In this document: positions 18,972 through 29,645 of the stretch, one piece after another | How the letters are laid out: every line of letters starts with the position of its first letter | Numbering within the stretch: position 1 is the stretch's first letter | Assembly (NCBI GenBank): GCA_008690995.1 | Contig: VRMN01000014.1 | Coordinates: 310,001-374,000 of the forward strand | From: Porphyridium purpureum | Taxonomy: Eukaryota | Reading direction: 5' to 3' | Length of the DNA: 64,000 bases | The notes under the pieces: model-generated | What the model was told of the DNA's origin: nothing | Databases searched by the model: none | The model's input: only the letters and a program-made list of their open reading frames with translations | Translations under genes and position numbers: made by a program

Positions 18972-20504
18972 TCTGCATCCGTCGCGTCGCTTTCCGCAAG
19001 GAGCCAGTTCAGTCGTTCTGGGTGAAGAGCCTAGGGTCACGCACCTCTGCCATACTCGGCACATCCACCCAGTCTTGTCATTTGCACATCCTCGTGTTGA
19101 AACCTAACTAAAGACATGGCCACCCATCCATTCTCCGTTGTGCAGGCGCTGCTAGTGACGCAAGAAAAAGAATCCCACGCAACCAATGAAGTCTCCTCTC
19201 GCCCCAGCGTTTTCGTGGCGCGTGCCAAACGAGAACGTGTGTGTGCCAGCATTCCCCGCTGCGCATGTCAAGCTATTCACACACATTGACAACGCCTCTT
19301 CCCTATCCCTTTGTCCACAGGAGCACACACACACACACACACACACACCCCATCACCTACAACATACCACCTACAACATACCACCTTTCTTCACGTTCCA
19401 GGCACATGCTGCCCTGTAACTCCACAACGCCCTCAGCTACCACCACCATCACCACCACCATCCTCGCCAAGCTCACGGCTCACGGCTCGCTCCATGATTC
19501 CAAACGCCACACGCATCTGCCACGCAAGGGCGCCCAACCCAGCCATCTACCACCCATGAACATACCCAAAGACAAAGGACCGCCATCGATATTACACAAG
19601 ACCCGTGTCCACGCACGAATGCCATCGCACGCACAACACACATACACACACACACAGGTCAAGTCATTCTCATCATCATCATGACAAAGCAGCGGATGAT
19701 GAGCCAGATATTCCGCACCCACCACCGCTGCTGCAGCTCCTAGCTACATCCACCACCATCCACAATCCACGTCCTCCAATGACCGCGCTCATGCTGGCTG
19801 GCTGTGGCCCACTCTCAGCCTGTATCCCACTCGTTCTTCCAACCCACACGCACACACACGGGTCATTCCCAGCCATCACCAGCCATCACCAGCCAATACC
19901 ATCTCTACCTTCCAGAGCCCCACGCGGCTGTGTACACACCGCTCCCTGCACGAAGCGCCAGGCGCCCCTGCTCTGCTCTGCTCTGCTGCTCCGCGCTGCG
20001 CCGCGTTGATTTTCGTGCCGCAACGGCGCGGTGGGCGGAAATGCGCGCTTGTGCTCGCTGAATTCGGCGCGGTTTTCATATGAAGACACGCGGCGCGCTG
20101 ATTTTTTTGGGTGCAACGCTTGGCGCTGCTGCGCCTGGAAGAGACACGCGCAGCCGCAGGTGCAGGGGCGCGGCTGACGCGAGTGCCGATGCGCGTGACT
20201 GGCTGGAGCGCGGCAGATAGTCGAGATATTAGGAGAGGCACAGAGCTAGGATAACGCGCCTTAGAGAGTCAGAGAGGCGTGACAACTGAAAACTGGACTG
20301 GAAGAGGGAGTGATGCTGAGAGAAGAGCGGAGAGGTAGAAAGCGTGTGGTCGGCAGGTAGAGCGGCGAGAACGGGGACAGGAAGAAGGTTACTTGTTGTG
20401 GCGCCACAGAAAAGCTGGCGGTCTCGAGTTCGAGTCGTGTCGAGGGGAACGGGTCTGCGTGTGAGGGTGTGTTGAGAGTGGAGCGGAGCTGGGTTGCGGA
20501 CAGG

Positions 20505-20873
20505 ATGGAGAGAGTGCCGGGGAATACTGGTGAGGAGGATGTGAGGCAAGTGCGGGTTGTCGACAGGCTCACAGACGAGAACACGGTGAAGAATAGGCGG
20601 ACCGCGTATGAGCACGAGCATGTGGTGCAGGTGTCTGCGTACGTCTTTAACGAGCAGCAGCCAGACCACGCGTTGGAGCAGCTGGGCGGCTTTTTCGGCC
20701 CGCAGGAGGAGCTCGCGTTTTGGCTGTTGCCAAGTTATGCGCGCTCACCGTCCGCCGTGTCCAGCGCCCCCGCGCTTCAAAAGTGCGGGTCAGACACGTC
20801 CTCCAGCTTGGATGGCTCGGAGAGCGGCGCAGAAAAGTCGGTCCGCGTGTCCGCGCAACTAACATTCATATAA
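20505..20873 (+). CDS. Hypothetical small protein (122 aa)
   Basis: ATG follows a GA-rich leader like those before other + strand genes here; no recognisable domain. Confidence 0.4.
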   Translation: MERVPGNTGEEDVRQVRVVDRLTDENTVKNRRTAYEHEHVVQVSAYVFNEQQPDHALEQLGGFFGPQEELAFWLLPSYARSPSAVSSAPALQKCGSDTSSSLDGSESGAEKSVRVSAQLTFI

Positions 20874-22409
20874 GAGCGCGCAAGCTTGAACGACACCTCA
20901 CATGATATACACCCGAGCAGCTGGCTCGAGCCACGCGGCTTGGCGTTTAAATTAATCGACGATGCCGCGCAGAAGCAAACGCCCGGACGCGGAGAACAAC
21001 GTGAAGACTGAGTCGTGGCCACGGCGAAAACAGTCGCACAGGACTGACTCACGTTGTGCCGAGACAAACGCGGCGCGCTTCGGCTGCGCTTGCAGTCATG
21101 GTTCACTCTACGTCCGCATCAGAGAAGTGCGAGGCACTGTGAAGCTGCCCAGCATGGTAGAAAACTCGGTCTTTTCGGCACGCCTCGCTCTCTGAAGCCG
21201 CTGCAAAAATTGACATACAATCATTGTGTGGAACTTGACGTGCTCATCGTTCCTGCATACATAGAAAACACAATTGTTCATGATTAAATGACCTGGCGAG
21301 CGCCAGACGCATTATGTAAAGCAAGCGCCTTGTACCGACTAGCCGTACGAGGCCGTCCCGCAAAGTAGGCGAGACCGTCATTGAAACTCTGGCGCGAAAG
21401 AAAACACGCAGTCAGAAGGAATCCCATCAGAAAAAAATTTCAAGGACTTGCAATTTGGTCGCAGCGGCATCCCGGCTTGGAACACACAGAGTCCAATGCG
21501 CTTTTACCGAACGAATCGCAGCAAAAAAGAATCGACTGAGGGACAGCTGGGTTTGCGTGGCCCCACACATCTCCTGTCGGACGGTTCCCCAAATTTGCGC
21601 ACAGACGTTCGAATGCACAACGGCATGAAGAGCTTTTGCAAGTCACGAAACTTCCAAGGACTTGGTGTACACCGCTTGACAAGCTCGAGCGAGTCCAGGA
21701 ACAGTGTTTGTGCGCGCGTCACTGTGCACAATATTTCAGACCGCTATATGACACCCGCACATTGCCCCCCCACGATGCACGTCTCGGCGCCAAAACTCAC
21801 AAGACCCAGACGCACGCCTCGCAGACAACGTCCACACCGTGCTGGATCCGCTCGGGCGTGACAACCAACACACTTGGCAGCTCGCTGGTGCGCTCCAACC
21901 TCGGCACGCATGCGCCACGCACTTGTGCGCGCTGAGCGACAAGTGATGGCTCCATTATTGCGTCTCTGACGGCCGCTTACGTGTTGCGCACGCACGGTCG
22001 ACGCGGCATTGCCCTTCGTCGTATCAATGCGACCGCATTGTCGCGCGCCTTTGCTCGCAGCACGTCAGCCGCGCTCGAACATCGACGGCGTTGACGAAGA
22101 ATTAGGAAGAGAGAGAGACGGCGTGTGTGCGCGCGTGTGAGTGTACGAACTGCGGATCCTCACGCACCTGGACTTGGACGGGGCCATGGCCTGGCTCGCG
22201 CATGAAACTGGCTCGGCGCAGCAGTGTGGATGATCACGTGGTTGGACTGGACGGAACAGACTAGGATAAACTTTGGCGCAGTCGACGCGTCGTTGGCAGT
22301 GGTGGTTTACAGGAAGAAGGAGACGCGGCGAGGCTTGTGGAGGGCAGCATACGGAAATAGGACTGGCGTTGCTGGCTCTGCACGTACGCGCGCGTGCGGA
22401 CGGGGCAGG

Positions 22410-25400
22410 ATGTCGAGCATAGATTTGTTGGGGATATCAGGGATCAGGAGCTTTGGCGTAGGGACCGTGGAGCAGGTGAATTTTTACAGGCCGTTGACGA
22501 TCATTGCTGGCAAGAATGGGTCAGGCAAGACAACGATTATCGAGTGCCTGAAGATGGCGCTTACTGGAGAATTGCCGCCGAACGTGTCGCGTGGCGCGGC
22601 GTTCGTGCATGATCCGTCCGTGTCGGACGAGGTCGAGACAAAGGCGTTGATCCGGCTCGAGTTTCAGGACGCACTGAATCATAAATTCTTCATCAAGCGC
22701 AAGCTGCAGCTCAGTAATCGCGGCGCGCGACCAGAATTCAAGACCGTGGAGAACGTGATTTCGACGCTCATGAGGAACACCGGGCGCAAGGAGATTATGT
22801 CGTCGCGCTGTGTTGATGTCAATGAGATTGCGCCGCAGCTCATGGGCGTGTCGCGCGCAGTGCTGGACAATGTCATTTTCGTGCACCAGGATGAGTCGCT
22901 GTGGCCTCTGGGCGAACACAAGGATCTCAAAGCCAAGTTTGATGCCATTTTCGAGTCGACACGCTACACAAAGGCGCTAGATGATATTCGCAAACGCAGA
23001 AAGGAGCTTGCTGTCCAGCTGCGCGTTGCGCGCGCCGAGCTCGAGGTTTGGAAACAGCGTGTTGAGCAGTTTGAAAAGGCGCGCATGGAGTATGAGCTGC
23101 TGCACGCTCAAGTGCTTGAGCTGGAGCGTGAGCTTGCAGTGCTAGTCGAGCAGATGGAAAGGGTGGAGGCGCGCATCAATACGCTCGCCGCACAGGCCGA
23201 GCAGGTACGGCAAATGCATGAGCGTGTCACACAGCTAGAGTTCGCCGTGAACGGCAAGAAGCGCGAGCTGGACGCGCTGCGCGAGTGCATGAAACCCAGC
23301 ACGACGCTGGAGGCGCTTAGTGACGAGCAAATGCGAGCCCAGAAGGACGATTTGCGCGCCGAGTTTGAGCAACTCGCCGGTGTGCAGCAGGCACATCGCG
23401 AGGAGCTGGGCCAACAAAAGCGTGCACTGGCTCACGCAGAAGAGCAAATCGTAGGAATCTCGCGCCTTGAGGGCGAGTTGCGCGTGCGGCAGGAATCGCA
23501 CGACAAACACCGCTCTGAATTACGCGTGTTGATGAAAGATATGATACAGTCATACGCACAGCATCTCGGCGGCGCCGGTCAGGTGACAGGTGGTGCAAAT
23601 GTCAGCAGCTTGGAGGGCGACGCATTGGTGGAGGCCGGCTCGGCCCTCCTTTGCAAGCTCGAGCAACGGCAGCGCGAGATGGCGGCAGCTGTGGAGCGAA
23701 AACGTGCAGAGTACGAGGAGCTGAATAATCGCACCACGGAGCGACTCAATTCGCTCAAGTATACGGCCACTAGTGCCAAGCGGCAGCTGCAGGACATTAA
23801 AACTGCAATCACTGACGCGCGCAGCAGTTGCATGGCCATACGCGCAGAGGGCGATGAAGTTGAGCTCAAGCATGGCAACGAAGCCGCGCTGATGCGTATG
23901 ATTGCCGAGCTGAATGACAAAGCATCCGACCTTACTTCCGAGATTGATCAGCTGCGCAACCGCGGATCTGGCGGTGAGTCGCTCAACCTGTCTGCACAGA
24001 TCCAGACCAAACGTTCCGCCGTCGATCGTCTCAAGGTCGAGCTGACAGCGCTGCGCGAGCGCCGCACGCAATTTGAGCAGGCGCAGAAGCTGCTCGCGCG
24101 CATCGAGGTGGTCCACGAACAGCTCAGCCAAAAGGATTCTGCCGCTGCGATTGCGCGCCGAGTCGCGCGCGACTATCTTCTTCTAGTCACAAATAGCCAT
24201 GACTTGGAGGATTTGCGTGCAGGCTTTCACGCATACGAGAAAGATGCCACAGGGCAAGCGGCAGGCCAGCACGACGCACTTGTTCTCATCGCCGATCAGG
24301 TGAAGCGCGCACAAAAGAAGAATGAAGGCCGCGTTGCCGAACTGACCTCGTCAGTTGCTGAGCTGTCGCACGAGCGTGCACAACTGATCTCCACAATCAC
24401 TCAGGACACCGAGAAGCTTCAACAGAGCATCCCGGCGACAGTGACGCGGCTGCAAAACATTCTTCGGGACGGCGTCAGGCACCCGCTGTGTATCGATACG
24501 TTTCGCGCTCTACTGGGTGATGGTCTGGATAGCGCGTCTGAGTTTGATGTGGGAAGGATTACGAGTGAGCATGTCGCGGAAGCGATCGACAACTTGGATG
24601 AGGAGGAGAAGCTGGCGACTCATCGCGTTGGCGCCGAATCGTATCTGGAAACCGTCATGGAACGCTCGCACAAGCGCAGGCGATGCTACTTGTGCACTCG
24701 ACCTTTCAGTACTGACGCCGAGGTTGAAGCCATGGACGCGAGTATAGACAAGCACCGCCGCTTTTTGCAGGATCAAAACAAGGCTTCGCATGACCATGCG
24801 GAATGCCGCACGCAACTCACCCAGATCCGGGATGCGCTGACAGAGTACCAGGTGGTACGGAGAGAAAGGGAAGCGCTCGAAACAAACGTGATGGATATGA
24901 AGAAGCGCATTCAGGAGCTCGACCACGAGCTGAGCCCCGATGCGCACGGTGCGCAAGCCGCTCTAAGTGACGCCGAGGCACTCAAGGAAATGCTCGCAAC
25001 GTATTTGACCCGCCACTACGAGAAATTTGAGCGGGCGAGCGCAGACGCACAGCAGGCGCGCGCCGAACTAGACGCAATGAAAGTCGGATTGAGAGAGAGT
25101 ACTGCTAGCAATGGTGGTGATGCGAACGCATCCGTGGCCGCAGTTGTGACACTTGGGGAACAGATTGACCTGAAAGAAAAGGAAAGCGATGCGCTACAAG
25201 CCGACCTGAGCGAGCTTTTTGCACTACAGCAGGCGCTTGCCCTGAGGGAAAAGGAGCTTGCGGATGTGCAAGCCAAAGTAGAACGGCAGCGGTCGCTGCT
25301 AGATGCGCAGCAGCGGCGTACGCGCGAGATTGACGCGTTGGAACGCGAGATTAGTGAACTGGAGACGAAACGCGAAGGTATCAAGTCCAGCGAAGCGCGC

Positions 25401-26636
25401 GCATGGAAGGAGTTGGACACAGGAGAGGCCGAGCGCACTGCCCAACTGAGTTTGCAGCGGCAGACGCTAAATCAATTAGCTGAGGAGCAGAAAAAGCTCG
25501 AGCGCGGAACGGACCGTCTTTCGACAAGCGTTGCGACGTTCCGCGCCAGCGTGATGGAGCAGGCGGCCGAGCGTCAGCATCAAGCTGTTCCGATTGCCCA
25601 GCAGATTGCTGATCTAGCTGCACAAAAGGAGGAGACGATGCGCGCCATTGGCGCAATGGAGCGGACACTAGCGGATGATGCTAGGTTTCTCGCTGACTTT
25701 GAAGGAAGGCAGCGCGAATTGACTGACCAGTTACGCCTTCGTGCGTTGCGGCACGAACTGGCGGATCTGAGCGCCGACCTTTCGTCTGCGCAGGCAGAGG
25801 TTGACGCGGCGCGCCGAAAAAGCCGTACGAGTCAAACGCCCGATCAGGATCTTGCGCACGAGCGTGATGCGTGGAACAAACTCAATAGTAACGTGCACGC
25901 CAAGCAGGGTAAGCTGGCAGCGATTAAGGAGTCCGAGGCAGCACGAAAGCGCGAGTTTGACACGGCGGCCAAGCAAGGCAGCGTCTTGGCATACCGTGAA
26001 CGACAGGGTGAGGTGCTTGCACGTGAAAATGCTCTCAAAGAGCTGGACGGCGTGTACCGCGAGGTGGACCGCGCGATCATGATGTATCATAACATGAAGA
26101 TGGCAGCGATCAACAACACGATCCGGCAGCTTTGGCAGTCGACGTATCGCGGGCACGATATCGAAGAAATCGAAATTGTGTCTGATGTTAGCATGCAGGG
26201 CGATGCGGCTGGTGGGACCGGTGGCGGTGCAAATGCGCGCCGTAGCTACAACTACCGCGTCGTCATGAAAAAGAGCGACGCAGTTCTAGACATGCGCGGC
26301 CGCTGCTCGGCAGGGCAAAAGGTGCTTGCGTGCCTCGTTATTCGGCTTGCTTTGGCAGAGAGCTTTTGCCACGCGTGCGGCGTGCTGGCGCTGGACGAAC
26401 CCACCACGAATCTCGACGCCGAGAATATGACGAGCCTTGCACGCGCGCTGTCAGGTGTAATTGAGTACCGAAAACTCCAGTCCAGTTTCCAGCTCGTCCT
26501 CATTACGCACGACTATCACTTTATCAACGAGCTGCAGAGCAAGCAGCTCGCGACAAAGTACTGCCAGGTGTACAAGGACCGCGAGGGCTACTCAAAAACC
26601 TGCGAAAAGTTCATCGAGGACCTGGATCGAGCATAG
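22410..26636 (+). CDS. RAD50: DNA repair protein RAD50
   Basis: GIRSF, Walker A GKNGSGKTTIIECLK, long coiled coil, zinc hook CYLC, signature MRGRCSAGQKVLA, Walker B/D-loop LALDEPTTNLD, LITH. Start set at ATG 22410. Confidence 0.97.
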   Translation: MSSIDLLGISGIRSFGVGTVEQVNFYRPLTIIAGKNGSGKTTIIECLKMALTGELPPNVSRGAAFVHDPSVSDEVETKALIRLEFQDALNHKFFIKRKLQLSNRGARPEFKTVENVISTLMRNTGRKEIMSSRCVDVNEIAPQLMGVSRAVLDNVIFVHQDESLWPLGEHKDLKAKFDAIFESTRYTKALDDIRKRRKELAVQLRVARAELEVWKQRVEQFEKARMEYELLHAQVLELERELAVLVEQMERVEARINTLAAQAEQVRQMHERVTQLEFAVNGKKRELDALRECMKPSTTLEALSDEQMRAQKDDLRAEFEQLAGVQQAHREELGQQKRALAHAEEQIVGISRLEGELRVRQESHDKHRSELRVLMKDMIQSYAQHLGGAGQVTGGANVSSLEGDALVEAGSALLCKLEQRQREMAAAVERKRAEYEELNNRTTERLNSLKYTATSAKRQLQDIKTAITDARSSCMAIRAEGDEVELKHGNEAALMRMIAELNDKASDLTSEIDQLRNRGSGGESLNLSAQIQTKRSAVDRLKVELTALRERRTQFEQAQKLLARIEVVHEQLSQKDSAAAIARRVARDYLLLVTNSHDLEDLRAGFHAYEKDATGQAAGQHDALVLIADQVKRAQKKNEGRVAELTSSVAELSHERAQLISTITQDTEKLQQSIPATVTRLQNILRDGVRHPLCIDTFRALLGDGLDSASEFDVGRITSEHVAEAIDNLDEEEKLATHRVGAESYLETVMERSHKRRRCYLCTRPFSTDAEVEAMDASIDKHRRFLQDQNKASHDHAECRTQLTQIRDALTEYQVVRREREALETNVMDMKKRIQELDHELSPDAHGAQAALSDAEALKEMLATYLTRHYEKFERASADAQQARAELDAMKVGLRESTASNGGDANASVAAVVTLGEQIDLKEKESDALQADLSELFALQQALALREKELADVQAKVERQRSLLDAQQRRTREIDALEREISELETKREGIKSSEARAWKELDTGEAERTAQLSLQRQTLNQLAEEQKKLERGTDRLSTSVATFRASVMEQAAERQHQAVPIAQQIADLAAQKEETMRAIGAMERTLADDARFLADFEGRQRELTDQLRLRALRHELADLSADLSSAQAEVDAARRKSRTSQTPDQDLAHERDAWNKLNSNVHAKQGKLAAIKESEAARKREFDTAAKQGSVLAYRERQGEVLARENALKELDGVYREVDRAIMMYHNMKMAAINNTIRQLWQSTYRGHDIEEIEIVSDVSMQGDAAGGTGGGANARRSYNYRVVMKKSDAVLDMRGRCSAGQKVLACLVIRLALAESFCHACGVLALDEPTTNLDAENMTSLARALSGVIEYRKLQSSFQLVLITHDYHFINELQSKQLATKYCQVYKDREGYSKTCEKFIEDLDRA

Positions 26637-26959
26637 CCCGAGGTGGTTTCGTGCCTTCTTTGTTTCGACTCTGAACTGTATCTTATCAGGCGTCCGCGCG
26701 GACAGCTGTGTGGATTGCATATGTGCTCGCGCATATGTGAACAGTGGAATGAGGGATGCACGGTGTGCGATAACGTGCACGTTGGTGCTGGCGGTCTCCT
26801 GGCGCCTCCACGCCATCATTAAGCTTATTGGGGTGTCCACGCGGGCGCTACACACGCTATGCCAAATATCCGAGCTGTGTGCGCGTGAATATAAGCGCTT
26901 GCGCGTCAAGTCTCAAGAGTCTGTCCCCTTTTTTTTGCCGACATTCATGTCTAGGAGCT

Positions 26960-27922
26960 TTATCTCGAGTCGGTTTCTGCAACAATCACGGTGCAATCGT
27001 CAGTACTGCCCTTCGCCAGTGCCCAAATAGCGTCCAGTGCTCGAGCAGGCTCGGGCAATGCGGACGAATCGCTATCACGTGCTCGGAGCACCACTTGCAC
27101 AATCTGCTCGGACGACACGCTGCCGTGCGCATTCCATAGGCCGTCGCTTGCAAGCACAAGTAACCGCTCGGCACAATCGTCCTCGTCTAGTCTAAATTCA
27201 GTAATATCAGGCGTATGTATTAGACCGCAGCGCTTCATGTCTCGGTTTCCCAGTGCCCGTGTGACGCTGATCACGTTGTTCGTGTCGTCCGGGTCGACCA
27301 TGTACTCCCCTTCCAGCAACGCCTTGCCAAGAGCGTGCACACGTTCGAGCTCGGCGAGATTTGCAAGATGGTGCCGAGCACATAGCACACGGGCTGCGAC
27401 CGCACTGGCTTGATCCGCGCGCGCTCTAACGCCCGCACAGACCAGCACGGCCTGGGCGTCGCCCGTATTGGCGATAAATAGGCGCTGCGACCGCTGAGAA
27501 TCACTCTCCGGATGCGCACAAGCAAGTGAGGCAAGCACAGCAACCAATGCCGTTGATCCGGAATGACTGGCCGTGGCGCCCGAATGGAGCTCATCCAACT
27601 CCTTCTCGGCGCGATCGAACGCGCTGCGCAGCATCTGCGGCACGTCTGGATGATCATGCAGCGCGTCCAGATCATCTACCAGGGCCCCCAGTATACAATC
27701 GCGCGCGTACTGCGCACACGCCTCTCCATTTTCTCCATGCCCATCAAACACGCCCCAGACCACATAGCTGCCTTTTCTGCGAGCCACTCCCATAGCGTCC
27801 TGATTCGGATCGCCAAACTCTGCATGCACAGTACCCACCTCAGTGCGCATCGCGTCACTCACATCCTGCTGGACGTTGCGCGCGCTCGCATCCTCCTCTC
27901 CGACCCGCTGTGCTCCACGCAT
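26960..27922 (-). CDS. PP2C/PPM-family protein phosphatase
   Basis: NQDA, GVFDGHG, SGSTA, ANTGD, TRALGN, LASDGLW, STDDCTVIV. Start set at ATG 27922. Confidence 0.9.
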   Translation of the reverse strand: MRGAQRVGEEDASARNVQQDVSDAMRTEVGTVHAEFGDPNQDAMGVARRKGSYVVWGVFDGHGENGEACAQYARDCILGALVDDLDALHDHPDVPQMLRSAFDRAEKELDELHSGATASHSGSTALVAVLASLACAHPESDSQRSQRLFIANTGDAQAVLVCAGVRARADQASAVAARVLCARHHLANLAELERVHALGKALLEGEYMVDPDDTNNVISVTRALGNRDMKRCGLIHTPDITEFRLDEDDCAERLLVLASDGLWNAHGSVSSEQIVQVVLRARDSDSSALPEPARALDAIWALAKGSTDDCTVIVAETDSR

Positions 27923-28828
27923 TCCGGCACAACCTCCCACACAAACGCACTCACACCCACAGTTCCATTCACACAAACCGCCTCCCTGCTTGACCTCGCG
28001 CCCTTCCTCCCGCCGCCACCACATTAGGGTTTCTGAACAAACCCTACGCATTACACAAGCATCACAAAATATGCACGTGTAGATATTAACACACACACGC
28101 ATTCCAAACCAATGCCGCACTCTGCGAATATCGCAAACGGTTTAGTGGAACGGCGCGGCACCAAGCCGAACATCCAAAGTGCGTACTGACTGTACTTTTG
28201 ACTGTCCCGCATTACAATCTTTAAAAATAGCGCTATTTTATATGCACAATATGAAGATGGCAAATAAATGGCTTGCCCCGATAAGCCGATATTATTGCGG
28301 AGCCTGTTTAGGGGGGTGGGCTCGGACATCTCCGGCTGTATCAAGAACAAGGTTGGTCACACGCTAGCGGTTGCGGCGCGCATTCAGTGTTTGGCAACTC
28401 AATCAGTTGCCACGCTCTGCGCCAGCCGAGTTAGCCGTACGCGCGATTTATTAATATAAGTCCCCAAATCCACGCTTGTTGCCACGCTTTGTGTGTGTCT
28501 TTATTCCCCAGTCGCCAATGCGTCTTCCCAATGGCATCACCTTCTGCACTTCAGTTTTCGCCTTTATGCCTTAGCCGTCGTGTTCTCTGCCTTAGGTTGA
28601 AGTGTCAAAAGAAGTACGAACATTGGTACGGCATATAGTACGCGGGGATTAATGCACATTTTGCGACGTACAAGTGAGCGCCTGAGAATGCTCGCGTACC
28701 GCTTTGTGATCGTGCGCGCCCAAGTTGATGACCAGACAGCAGGCAGACGCGTCAACCATTTTTGCTCTGGCGCGCATGTTTGTCCTTCTTCCAGAACGCA
28801 ACCCGCGGTAATTTGCGACTGTGACGAA

Positions 28829-29205
28829 TGTCAAGGACAGCTTGTTTGAGTGTTGGGTTTGCAATTCTACAAGGGCTATTTTTAATTCTCTCGGAAACTT
28901 GGGCCCAATGCCACATTGAGCCCTTAAGAAAAAGGACACTCACTTGCCCCCGAAACAGGTATAAAAGGAGCGCCGCCCCGTTTGTGCGTGTCTGGCGCGC
29001 TTGAAAATGAACAAGATAAGAGTACGAAAGACAAGGACAAAATGGAAAACCAAGAAGGACCGAGTAAATGCTTGAGAATTTGAAGTGCACACATCGCGAT
29101 CTACGTGGATCAATAAGGAGACGTCCCGGCATCAGGGCTATAGCTCGATCCGCGAGACGTTCACCCGATATGTTTCCTACAGCAACCGCGTAACTAAGTG
29201 TGACA
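28829..29205 (+). mobile_element. Candidate old solo LTR
   Basis: TGTCA...TGACA termini, 377 bp, TATAAAA near 28960; size and TATA offset similar to the copia LTR at 39861. No matching TSD. Confidence 0.3.
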
Positions 29206-29218
29206 TACAATTTGTTAC

Positions 29219-29428
29219 CGGTTAACAGTTACCGATTACCGGTTATCGATTACCGGTTATCGATTACCGGTTATCGATTACCGGTTATCGGTTATCGGTT
29301 ATCGGTTATCGGTTATCGGTTATCGGTTATCGGTTATCGGTTATCGGTTATCGGTTATCGGTTATCGGTTATCGGTTATCGGTTTCCGGTTATCGGTTAT
29401 CGGTTATCGGTTATCGGTTTCCGGGTTC
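29219..29428. repeat. 7-bp tandem repeat (CGGTTAT), 30 units
   Basis: Register unbroken from 29219 to 29428. Includes a 14-bp higher-order unit (CGATTACCGGTTAT)x4 at 29233-29288. Confidence 0.97.
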
Positions 29429-29645
29429 ACTCTAAACCAGAAATATACTTGAACCGCATCAACCGGTTAGGGAAATGTAAACCGTTTATTGGACTGTACA
29501 CTACTAAATAAAATGGCGGGAGAAACCGGAATGGAAATCGATATGGTACAGTTGACGGCAAGGTGGGAAGAAGAGGAGAGAGGGAGAGAGAGAGAGGATT
29601 GCGGGCTCTTGTGAAAGCGGCGCGATACGCGGTGCGGAAGCAGGC

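Noticed and set aside
22224..22409. N-terminal ORF extensions of RAD50 (also AKR 15327-15488 and PP2C 27923-28120)
   Set aside because: Translate leader-like low-complexity sequence; family homology starts at downstream ATGs.
29219..29428. CGGTTAT array as telomere or CRISPR; 103-aa ORF 29200-29511
   Set aside because: Internal and flanked by genes, with no unique spacers and no cas genes. The ORF is just the translated repeat.
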